Source: Chthoniobacteraceae bacterium
GTDB taxonomy: Bacteria; Verrucomicrobiota; Verrucomicrobiia; Chthoniobacterales; Chthoniobacteraceae
Assembly (NCBI GenBank): GCA_037190965.1
Contig: JBBCKI010000039.1
Location: 1 to 30,896, forward strand
Direction: 5' to 3'
Length of the DNA: 30,896 nucleotides
Every line of letters starts with the position of its first letter. The stretch's first letter is position 1. Positions 9,255 to 17,375 of this stretch are shown here, piece after piece. Both the position numbers and the translations under genes were made by a program. The notes beneath the pieces were generated by a model. The model was given only the letters and a program-made list of their open reading frames with translations. It was not told where the DNA came from and ran no database searches.

Positions 9255-10603
9255 AGCTTCGCCGGGTATTCCGACAGGTGTTATGGGCTGGCCTTACGCT
9301 CTCCCTGTTTGCCGGGTTGCCGTCCGCGCCGGCTCTGGACGCAGTTTCTTCGAAGTTCGCCCGCCGCAGCGTCAGCAGTTCCCGGCAGTTTATCATCTAC
9401 TGTCCGGATGCCCGTTTGAGGCTTGCCGTCACGGGTTATGTGGAAACCGCCAAGGCCGCCGTTCTTGGCACCCTCGGGATGGGTGATCATTGGAAGATCC
9501 CCATCGTCATCAACATGGAGCGTCCCTCCACGACCCGCCCCGGCCAGCCCCTTAGCGAGATTCGCCTGGTTGACACCGAGGAAGGGCCGAAGGTGGAGAT
9601 CGACGTCAGTCTTCGCGAAGAGCAGGTCAAGGAGGTCCATTTTCCTCAGCAAATCGTGCGCGCGGTGCTGCTCGAGGTTGCTTACCGCGACCGTCCGCCC
9701 GCCGGCGGGGAAAACTACGTGCTTCCTCCCGCCTGGCTCGTCGAGGGAATCGCGGAGCAACTCCAAGCCCGCAGTGGCGGCGTGGAACCGAACGCGGCGC
9801 TCTTCAAGACCCTCATTGACACCGGGCGCATCCCCAAGATCCGCGATTTTATGGAAAGCAGCGCGGAGTCGATGGATCCTACTTCGCGGACCGTCTTTGG
9901 CGCGTGTTCCTCCAGCCTGATCGAAATGCTCGTGGCACTTCCCGAGGGGCGGATCAGCCTGACGAGGGCGGTGCGGAATCTGCGCGATTCGGGCGGCGAC
10001 TCCGTCAACCTGCTGTTGAAAAACTTCCCCAGCCTCGGGAAAAGCGAGGCGTCCCTGGAAAAATGGTGGACCCTCGGGCTTGCCCGCTTTTCGGCTTCGG
10101 ATCGTTACCTTTCCCTGACCGTCGCTGAGACCAACGCGCGGCTGGAACCGCTGCTGGAACTCGAAATCATCACGGACGAGAAGAAGGGGACGAAGACCTC
10201 CTTCGCCCTGGACGATTATAAGAAGTTTATCAAAATCCCCACGGCAAAGCCGGCGCTTCTTATCCGGGCAGGCGCCCTGGCTGCGCTCAATCCCAAGGCG
10301 CACCCGTTGCTTCGCCCCGTGGTGGTCGAGTACCAGCGGATCGCCACCAGCCTGGCTCAGGGCAAAACCCGCAAGATCGAGGAATCGCTGCGCTCCATCG
10401 CGAACTACCGGGTGATGATCGTGGAGCGAACCGACAAGATTACCGATTACATGAACTGGTTCGAGGCGACCCAGATGTCCGAGCGAAGTGGCGCGTTCGA
10501 CAGCTATCTCAGGACCGCGAAAGCCATCGAATCGGCCCCTCTTCCCAAGCGCGATGACCCGCTCTCGCGGTATGTCGATCAGGTGGAGCGGGAGTTCCAG
10601 TAA
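9251..10603 (+). CDS. Exported hypothetical protein with gluzincin/peptidase MA-like segment lacking HExxH
   Basis: Signal-peptide-like N-terminus; PAWLVEGIAE motif; 4-nt overlap with upstream gene. Confidence 0.75.
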   Translation: MKLRRVFRQVLWAGLTLSLFAGLPSAPALDAVSSKFARRSVSSSRQFIIYCPDARLRLAVTGYVETAKAAVLGTLGMGDHWKIPIVINMERPSTTRPGQPLSEIRLVDTEEGPKVEIDVSLREEQVKEVHFPQQIVRAVLLEVAYRDRPPAGGENYVLPPAWLVEGIAEQLQARSGGVEPNAALFKTLIDTGRIPKIRDFMESSAESMDPTSRTVFGACSSSLIEMLVALPEGRISLTRAVRNLRDSGGDSVNLLLKNFPSLGKSEASLEKWWTLGLARFSASDRYLSLTVAETNARLEPLLELEIITDEKKGTKTSFALDDYKKFIKIPTAKPALLIRAGALAALNPKAHPLLRPVVVEYQRIATSLAQGKTRKIEESLRSIANYRVMIVERTDKITDYMNWFEATQMSERSGAFDSYLRTAKAIESAPLPKRDDPLSRYVDQVEREFQ

Positions 10604-10747
10604 GGGGCAAACAGAGGGTTCGTGCTACGATGAGGCCACGGAGCGTAGCCGGATAGAAAACACTCTCCGGCGAGGTCGCCGAAAAAGGTCGCTATTTGCC
10701 TGCACAAAAACTTTGCGCATTCCGAAAAACGGTCCTAACTAAAGCGT

Positions 10748-11413
10748 ATGCCCGAAGATAACGAGCCCGAGAAAGTGTGGGACGAGTACGATTGGGAGCG
10801 GTTTCTCCAGCAGCAGGACCGCAAGACGGAGCAGTACATGGAGTTGTTGGAGAAATACATCGACGATCCCGATCGCGACCAGATTATCGCCCGGGAGATG
10901 GGGTGGTCCCACTTCGTCTCGGATGACGAGGAGAACGAGGGCGGGGGCGAGAATGAATGGGCCGAAGGCCCTTTCGAGCTTTTCGACGACGATGAGGAGG
11001 ACGAGGAAGAGGATGACGACGAGGAAGCCGAGAGCTTCGAGTTTCATCCGCTTTACCAGGCGAGCTTTGCGCTGACGGTCTGGATCGATCAGCTTTTTGA
11101 TGAACTGGGGGAGGTGCAGAATCGTCCTTCCGCCGTCCGGCTCGCCACCAATAGCGCCATCGCAAGCGCGAAGCTGGCAGCCGCCCTGAGCGATGATGAC
11201 ATCGACGAGATCGGGATGACCATCGCCTATCTCAAGCGGGCGCTCAAGGCGATCACCATGGCCATCGAGGCGAGCACCCAGTTTGCCCGGGAGGCCCGGC
11301 TGCCTGCCGGACGCCGGAGGCAGCTTCACAACCGCCTTTTTCAGGTGAGGGACGGCATCATCGACCTGATGGGCCACTGCCGGGGGGAATGGCGTCGGAG
11401 GTACAACAGTTAG
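10748..11413 (+). CDS. Acidic hypothetical protein
   Basis: 221 codons with GC-rich third positions, WDEYDWERFL N-terminus, D/E tract, helical C-terminal half. Confidence 0.8.
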   Translation: MPEDNEPEKVWDEYDWERFLQQQDRKTEQYMELLEKYIDDPDRDQIIAREMGWSHFVSDDEENEGGGENEWAEGPFELFDDDEEDEEEDDDEEAESFEFHPLYQASFALTVWIDQLFDELGEVQNRPSAVRLATNSAIASAKLAAALSDDDIDEIGMTIAYLKRALKAITMAIEASTQFAREARLPAGRRRQLHNRLFQVRDGIIDLMGHCRGEWRRRYNS

Positions 11414-11451
11414 CGGATCGCAACGAGGCCAAAATAAGACGGCTTTTTTGT

Positions 11452-11478
11452 GAATTAAATCCGGCGAAGGCCGTCCAA
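11452..11478 (+). promoter_or_regulatory. Candidate ECF sigma-dependent promoter
   Basis: GAATTA-N16-TCCAA, 4 nt upstream of the sigma ATG; resembles sigmaE/AlgU GAACTT-N16-TCnnA. Confidence 0.4.
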
Positions 11479-11482
11479 TCGA

Positions 11483-12100
11483 ATGCGACAGGATGACATC
11501 GGCCAGACCGATCATGCCGACAGGCGTGACGAGGCGGACTTGATTGCCCGCTGCCAGGGGGGCGATCTGTCTGCGTTCAATGAACTGACTGTCCGCTACC
11601 GGAATCAAGTGTTTGCGATCACCTACAACGCCGTCAGAAACGAACAGGACGCCTGGGACCTCGCCCAGGAGACCTTCCTGAAGGCGTGGCGCAACATCGG
11701 CAAGTTTCGCGGCCAGGCATCCTTTTTCACGTGGATTTACCGGATTGCCGTGAACATTACGATCGACTCTCTCCGTCGCAAGCGGATCGAGAGCGGGGTC
11801 GAGTTTGACGAAACCGCTGCCTCCGGAGCTATCGAACCGGGTGCGGTTACCGTGCCCCGGAGCGAACCGCAGCCTCACCGGCAGCTTGAGAGCCGGGAGA
11901 TCCAGGCCCGAATCGACGCGGCATTGGAAAAACTCTCGCCTGAACACCGGCTCGCGGTCATTTTGAGGGAAGTCGACGGCCTGAGTTACGAAGAAATCGC
12001 CGAGACGATGGAGAGTTCCGTGGGAACCGTCATGTCGAGACTGTTCTACGCCCGCAAAAAACTTCAGACTTTGTTGAAGGATATCTATGACACCATCTGA
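11483..12100 (+). CDS. ECF RNA polymerase sigma-70 factor
   Basis: Region 2 DAWDLAQETFLKAW, FFTWIYRIAVN; region 4 GLSYEEIAETMESSVGTVMSRLFYARKKL. Confidence 0.96.
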   Translation: MRQDDIGQTDHADRRDEADLIARCQGGDLSAFNELTVRYRNQVFAITYNAVRNEQDAWDLAQETFLKAWRNIGKFRGQASFFTWIYRIAVNITIDSLRRKRIESGVEFDETAASGAIEPGAVTVPRSEPQPHRQLESREIQARIDAALEKLSPEHRLAVILREVDGLSYEEIAETMESSVGTVMSRLFYARKKLQTLLKDIYDTI

Positions 12101-12590
12101 GGAAAACTTTACCGCCTGGGTTGACGGACGCCTTTCCAGGGAGGAAGCGGCCCGTTTTGAGGAGGCTCTTGGCGACGCGTTGCCCGAGGTAGGGAGGGAC
12201 CGCGAGGAAGCGCGGAAACTCGGCAACCTCCTTCGCACCCAATGGAAGCCCGCCGAACTCACCAACGGCGATTTTTTCAACCATCAGCTTCTTGAACGGA
12301 TCCAGGCCGAGGAGTCCCGCACCCGTCCCCCAAGTGAACCTGCCCGCCATGGGGTGTCCCTGTGGAGGCTCCTGTGGATCGGATCGGTCTGCTGTGGCAT
12401 CGCGGTCATGGCGACCATGGCCGTCCAACCGGTGGAGCATGGTGGGGCTCGCGGGTACTATGCCCAGGTGCTCAACCCGAAGCCGGGCAATTCCAAGATT
12501 TCCGCGAAGCCTTTTTATTCAAGGAAGGCGAACGTCACCGTGCTCTGGCTTGATGGGCTCGACCGCGTCTCCGGGGAGGGGAGAAAATGA
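12087..12590 (+). CDS. Putative membrane-anchored anti-sigma factor
   Basis: Overlaps sigma stop; AWVDGRLS..EAARFEE anti-sigma-domain start; one TM segment; short C-terminal domain. Confidence 0.75.
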   Translation: MTPSEENFTAWVDGRLSREEAARFEEALGDALPEVGRDREEARKLGNLLRTQWKPAELTNGDFFNHQLLERIQAEESRTRPPSEPARHGVSLWRLLWIGSVCCGIAVMATMAVQPVEHGGARGYYAQVLNPKPGNSKISAKPFYSRKANVTVLWLDGLDRVSGEGRK

Positions 12591-13024
12591 TCAAAGCCTT
12601 GTGTCTTTTGCTGGCCGCCTTGTTTCTCGCCGTTCCCGCAAAGGCACAGGAAACCCGGACGCTCTGGGCCGGGCTGGTCTACGCTTCCAACGAGCCTGAA
12701 CCCTCCGCTACGCCAGGTGCGCTGGCCGGGTTCGGCGAAAAGCTCAAAAGCGTCTTCGGGTACAACCAGTTGCAACTCGTCAGCGAGCGCCGCGAAGCAC
12801 TCAGCGATTCCACGGAGCGAACCTTCCCCCTGGGGAAGAAGTTCCGCCTCTTCGCCACCCGCAAAAGCGTCAAAGATGGCAAGACCCTCTTCGATTTGCG
12901 GCTTTTTCAGGAAGACCGGCTTCTCGTCCAGACCCAGGCCAAGCTGGGCCGACAAAGCCCCCTCTTCCTGCGAGGTCCCTTGTGCGACAAGGGGCAGTTG
13001 ATCATCGTCTTGCAGGTGGAGTAA
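12587..13024 (+). CDS. Exported hypothetical protein of the ECF operon
   Basis: ATGA overlap with anti-sigma; signal peptide ...VPAKA-QE; beta-rich mature region. Confidence 0.8.
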   Translation: MIKALCLLLAALFLAVPAKAQETRTLWAGLVYASNEPEPSATPGALAGFGEKLKSVFGYNQLQLVSERREALSDSTERTFPLGKKFRLFATRKSVKDGKTLFDLRLFQEDRLLVQTQAKLGRQSPLFLRGPLCDKGQLIIVLQVE

Positions 13025-13063
13025 ATCTCCCGGGCCGCTGGCGGCGATGCGCAGCGCCGAGGC

Positions 13064-13612
13064 CTATCGACGGCCGTGGTTCGGTAAGTTTTCCTGGCCT
13101 CGACGCTCGCTCTCGGGCTTCCACGCCGCCTCGTTGGAAGAAAGAACCTCTGCCGCACCCGCCATCAGAGCCCAGGCTGTTTGCTCGGGGATGGCGGTAG
13201 TGGGAGAAAGGTTCGCTCCGCTGTCATAGGGACGGGTGATGGAGTTCGCATAGTTTAAAGCGTCCAAATCGACCCAGGCGCCATTCCTCTGGTCCCAGCT
13301 TTGGAAACCCGAAAAGTCGGGATGCGCCATCAAGGTGGAGATGGAGGAGAAATCATCATTGATCGCCAGATGATGGTCCGTCGCTAGTTTGAGGGCGACA
13401 TTGTCTAGAGACATGCCTGAGTCGCTATACGACGATTCGGGCGATGATGTAGATTGGTCTGCAAGGCTTATTCTTGCGAAAGTAAAACAAATCAATCCGG
13501 CGGCAAATAAGGATTTGCGGAATAGCCAACGAGAGATCAACGCGTTGCTGTCATTCAATTTCCAGGACTTTCGGCTCTCTCTGTGGGGTGTCTTGTGCTG
13601 ATTGTTGTTCAT
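13064..13612 (-). CDS. PEP-CTERM-like exported protein with damaged sorting signal (possible pseudogene)
   Basis: Signal-like hydrophobic segment; TTAIPEQTAWALMAGAA followed, in the adjacent frame, by FFLPTRRR; start codon uncertain. Confidence 0.55.
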   Translation of the reverse strand: MNNNQHKTPHRESRKSWKLNDSNALISRWLFRKSLFAAGLICFTFARISLADQSTSSPESSYSDSGMSLDNVALKLATDHHLAINDDFSSISTLMAHPDFSGFQSWDQRNGAWVDLDALNYANSITRPYDSGANLSPTTAIPEQTAWALMAGAAEVLSSNEAAWKPESERRGQENLPNHGRR

Positions 13613-13795
13613 CGGAAACGGCTGAAAAGGAAGCCGTAGTGAGAAACAGTATCGAACGGAAACTACAAGAATTTCTGACCGGAGAGCGCATCTTCTCCAA
13701 AAATAATCGATAATCTTAAATGTTATTGAGACTTTGCTGCTGGAGATCTGCGTAATTATACGAAGATCGAGACACTTGCATTCGAAGGCAGATGA

Positions 13796-14569
13796 CTAGT
13801 TAGAGGAAGGAATTTGTTCCCACGGCACGATCACCGGCGCATTGGAATGTCGGCTGCGAAAGGCACGGACGCCGTGGGCCTCTGCAAGAAGCTTTTCGGT
13901 GAGGACGATCTCGGGAGGTCCGGAGGCAAGCAGGCGGCCCTCTTTCACGAGAAGCAAACGATCACAGAATCTCGCCGCTAGCGTGAGATCGTGCAGGACA
14001 ATGAGCACCGCCCGCCCCTCCCTGGCGCGAGCGGCGAGGAGCTCCATGAGCTGGAGTTGATGGAACGGATCGAGTCCTGCGCCGGGTTCATCGATCAGTA
14101 GCAGCGCCGGATCGCCTGCGAGAGCGCGCGCCAGAAGGACGCGGGCGCGTTCCCCGCCGGAAAGCTCCGTAATGACGCGATGCCGGAGGTGCAGGGCGTC
14201 CACCGTGATTAGCGCTCTCTCGATCCACGAAGCGTCCGCCGCTTCATCCGCGCCGCCGCCCCATGGCAATCTCCCCAGCCCCACGACGCGCTCCACGGTC
14301 AACGGCCAGTGGCACTCCGCGCTTTGCGGCAGGTAGCCAAGCGTGCGCGCCCGTTGCCGGGGGGCAATTTTTTCCAGCGGCTCTCCGTGGAGACGTACGC
14401 CGCCCGATGCCGCGGGAATCAATCCCGCAAGAGCTTTGAGCAAGGTCGATTTTCCCGAGCCGTTGGGCCCAATCAGCCCCACGACCTCGCCCTTGGCTAC
14501 CGCGCAGTCGATTTCATGAACGACATTGCGTCCGCCCAAGGAAATGCAGAGTTGTCGTGTTTCCAGCAT
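13796..14569 (-). CDS. ABC transporter ATP-binding protein (cobalamin/Fe-siderophore type)
   Basis: GPNGSGKST, LSGGE, LLLIDEP, LHDLTLAARFCD. Confidence 0.95.
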   Translation of the reverse strand: MLETRQLCISLGGRNVVHEIDCAVAKGEVVGLIGPNGSGKSTLLKALAGLIPAASGGVRLHGEPLEKIAPRQRARTLGYLPQSAECHWPLTVERVVGLGRLPWGGGADEAADASWIERALITVDALHLRHRVITELSGGERARVLLARALAGDPALLLIDEPGAGLDPFHQLQLMELLAARAREGRAVLIVLHDLTLAARFCDRLLLVKEGRLLASGPPEIVLTEKLLAEAHGVRAFRSRHSNAPVIVPWEQIPSSN

Positions 14570-14572
14570 GAG

Positions 14573-15565
14573 TCAGAAAAAAGTCCGCCGGCTACGAATC
14601 AGGAGAACAAGAAAGAGCGGCGCTCCCGCCAGCGCCGTGACCACCCCGAGCTTCAGCTCCTGAGTCGTCGGGAGCAGCCGAACCAGAACATCCGCTCCCA
14701 ACAAGAGCAGCGCGCCACCCAACGCGCTGAGCGGCAACAGCCGCGCCGGATCCCCTTTCGCGAAAGGCCGGAGGAGATGCGGCACGATCAACCCCACAAA
14801 CCCGATCGCCCCGGTGACGGAAACCGCCGCGCCGACGGCCAGCGCCGTTCCCGCAATCACCTGAAGCCGCACCCGGCTGAGGGGGAAGCCGAGGCTTTGT
14901 GCCGTCTCTTCGCCAAGACTCAAGGCGCGCAAGGCGTTGCCGCAGCCAAGGAGAAGCACGCTTCCCACAACCATCAGTGGCGCGGCAAGGGCTACTTGTT
15001 CGCGGGTGCGGTCCGCAAGTGAACCGAGGAGCCAGAATATGATTTCCGTGGCGGCATAGGGATTAGGGGAGAGGTTGAGCACCAGCGACGTTAACGCCCC
15101 GCACGCGGCGGAAACCGCCACGCCTGCCAGGATCAGGCTTTGGATCGATCCGCCGCGCCCCGCAAAGAGCACCACCAGGAGGACCGCGCCCGCCGCGCCT
15201 GCCATCCCGGCGAGTGGCAATCCGAAGCTGAATGCACCGCTCAAGCCGGAATAAAAAGCGAGCACCGCTCCAAAGGCCGCTCCGCCGGAAACGCCCAGCA
15301 GCCCCGGTTCCACGAGCGGATTGCGCAGAAACCCTTGCATCGCCGCCCCGGCAAGGCCGAGGCTGCCGCCCACCAACAACGCCAGCAGCAGACGCGGCAG
15401 CCGGATTTCCCAAAGCACCATCGCCACGAGCGGACCGCCCTGTCCGAGCGCGGCCTCCCAAAGTGTTCGGAGCGGGATTGTGGTGCTTCCAATACAGAGG
15501 GACACCACGGCGCAGGCCGCCAGCACCCCTCCCAGAAGCACTCCCGTGCGCAGACTCCGCGTCAT
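14573..15565 (-). CDS. ABC transporter permease, FecCD/BtuC family
   Basis: IRLPR, QGFLRNPLVEPGLLGVS, LGEETAQSLG, IGFVGLIVPH. Confidence 0.95.
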   Translation of the reverse strand: MTRSLRTGVLLGGVLAACAVVSLCIGSTTIPLRTLWEAALGQGGPLVAMVLWEIRLPRLLLALLVGGSLGLAGAAMQGFLRNPLVEPGLLGVSGGAAFGAVLAFYSGLSGAFSFGLPLAGMAGAAGAVLLVVLFAGRGGSIQSLILAGVAVSAACGALTSLVLNLSPNPYAATEIIFWLLGSLADRTREQVALAAPLMVVGSVLLLGCGNALRALSLGEETAQSLGFPLSRVRLQVIAGTALAVGAAVSVTGAIGFVGLIVPHLLRPFAKGDPARLLPLSALGGALLLLGADVLVRLLPTTQELKLGVVTALAGAPLFLVLLIRSRRTFF

Positions 15566-16668
15566 GGTTGGAGTTCCTCCGCGTTTAGGCGAAGCCGGTG
15601 CAAAGTTTCCACGAGGTCGAGATTTTCCGGATTGGGGCAGGCCAATTGCCGGAAGGGAATGGAAGCGATCTTGAGATTCAATGTCTCCAATCTCCTCAGC
15701 AGCGGGTGCCGTGGCGAGAACGCATTGAGCGTGGGGTGGGCTTCCTGGTAGGCAGTGAGAATCAGGAACTCCGGCTTGGCGAGAATGACCGTTTCCAGCG
15801 GTACGGAAGCGCTTCGGCTGCGTCCAAGCGTTTTCCCGAGATTCGTAAACCCTGCAGCCTCCAGAATCGCGTCGGCAAACGTCCCGCCACCGGGAGAGAA
15901 ACCGTCCTGAAAATAGAAGAGCGCCGTGGGGCGGGGCTCTCCCGCCTTGGCGGCAACCCGGGCCAGACGCGCGTCCATCCGCCGGATGATCGCTTCTCCC
16001 TGCTCCTGCGTGCCGAGCCGCTCCGCCACTGCGCGGATCTGGGCGCGGAGCTGTTCGAAATCCTCCGGCACGCCAAGTTCCATCACAGGAATCTTGAGAC
16101 GTCGGAGCATCGCGTTGGTGGCGGGCGTGCTATAGACGCCCACGAAGACGAGATCCGGCTTCAACGAGAGAAGCTCCTCCGCGCCGCCCCGCGTGGTGGG
16201 GATGCCTTGCGCTTCACGCCATTGGGGGGAGAGATCGGGGTCCGTCGCGAGCCAGCTCAAAGCTACCACCTCTTCCCGGGGCGCAAGCTGAAGGAGAAGC
16301 TGGTCGCCCGGCAGGCAGATCGAAACCAGCCGCCGCTTCGCCCCTGTGCCGGCAACGCCGGAAGCGGTAAGAAGCAGGAGCATGATTGCGGCCCCTAGCC
16401 ATCTGCCTAGCCATTCCAAGGCTCTCCCGAGCTCTTGGAAATCTCGTTGGAAAAATGCTGCCACTAATTCCTTTTGCGCGGGAAGTGCGTCAAAGTCAAA
16501 AGCTGAGGGAAGCGCTGATCGAATCGGGTGGCTCTTCCCATCCTCAAAGGCAGGGGCGTCTGATGGCGGATAGCTACCGTCAAGCACCGGCAGGCTAAGA
16601 GATTCCGCTTCGCTAGAAACGATTTCGGTTTCTTTAAGGTGCCGGGAATCAACCTCTTGCAAAGTCAT
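15562..16668 (-). CDS. ABC transporter substrate-binding protein, BtuF/TroA-like (true start uncertain, may be near 16383)
   Basis: RRLVSICLPGDQLLLQLA, EELLSLKPDLV, GTFADAILEAAGFTN; hydrophobic signal segment only begins about 90 codons into the ORF. Confidence 0.85.
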   Translation of the reverse strand: MTLQEVDSRHLKETEIVSSEAESLSLPVLDGSYPPSDAPAFEDGKSHPIRSALPSAFDFDALPAQKELVAAFFQRDFQELGRALEWLGRWLGAAIMLLLLTASGVAGTGAKRRLVSICLPGDQLLLQLAPREEVVALSWLATDPDLSPQWREAQGIPTTRGGAEELLSLKPDLVFVGVYSTPATNAMLRRLKIPVMELGVPEDFEQLRAQIRAVAERLGTQEQGEAIIRRMDARLARVAAKAGEPRPTALFYFQDGFSPGGGTFADAILEAAGFTNLGKTLGRSRSASVPLETVILAKPEFLILTAYQEAHPTLNAFSPRHPLLRRLETLNLKIASIPFRQLACPNPENLDLVETLHRLRLNAEELQP

Positions 16669-16781
16669 CCTGCACTCAAATCAAGGATTGCCCGACCCCT
16701 CCGTGAGACTTTTGCGGAATGGCCAGCAGGTTGATTCCAACGGGAAGGGGCACGAAATTCCGAGCAGGAAAATAACGACTT

Positions 16782-17324
16782 ATGGCTAAGAAACTTTTCA
16801 CGATACTCCCTTTGGCGGCGGCAATATTGGGAGTTCTTTCTCTCCCTGTCATGGCGCGGGGAGGTGGCGGAGGCGGTTTCAGAGGCGGGGGTGGCTTCCA
16901 CGGCGGAGGCGGTTTCCACGGGTTTCACGGTGGAGGGCACTTCAGGGGGCATAATCACGACCACCACAATCATCGGCGCTTCAGGAATTTTAATAATATC
17001 TTTTTCGATGGGAGCGTCTACGGGGGATATCCGTACGCACCCTACGACAATTACGCGCCCTATTCCGAGGCTATGTATCCGGTCGCCCCGGCGACCCCCG
17101 TTCTCAAAGGTTACTCCACTTGTTATACTGCGGACGGTTGCTACAATTATCCTCCCTTTAACGCCGGGCTTAATCGGCCCATCCAGGTCAACAATTACTT
17201 CAACTGCGCCCCCAGGAGAACGTATTGCAGCCCGAAGCCCCGTCGCGTCGCCAAGAAGACTTATCACTCCTGCGAGCGGCCCCCGTCCATAGTGGGCGAG
17301 GGCTCTGTCAGTAAATACAAATAA
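16782..17324 (+). CDS. Exported low-complexity Gly/His/Tyr/Pro-rich protein
   Basis: Signal peptide ...LPVMA-RG, GGGGF(R/H) repeats, His cluster, YP-rich tract, Cys-containing basic tail. Confidence 0.75.
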   Translation: MAKKLFTILPLAAAILGVLSLPVMARGGGGGGFRGGGGFHGGGGFHGFHGGGHFRGHNHDHHNHRRFRNFNNIFFDGSVYGGYPYAPYDNYAPYSEAMYPVAPATPVLKGYSTCYTADGCYNYPPFNAGLNRPIQVNNYFNCAPRRTYCSPKPRRVAKKTYHSCERPPSIVGEGSVSKYK

Positions 17325-17375
17325 GGGAGGCCCTGCCGGACGGCGAAGGAAAGAGTCCGGTTCGAGCGGAGGCGA

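Noticed and set aside
10620..10690. Overlapping short hairpins after the 450-aa gene as terminator or ncRNA
   Set aside because: No U-tract on the 3' side in either orientation and no recognisable RNA family motif
10739..12280. 513-aa ORF on the minus strand
   Set aside because: Antisense to the acidic protein, sigma and anti-sigma genes; no recognisable motifs
13700..13725. AATAATCGATAATCTTAAAT as a Fur box
   Set aside because: Needs a gap to fit the consensus and lies downstream, not upstream, of the ABC operon
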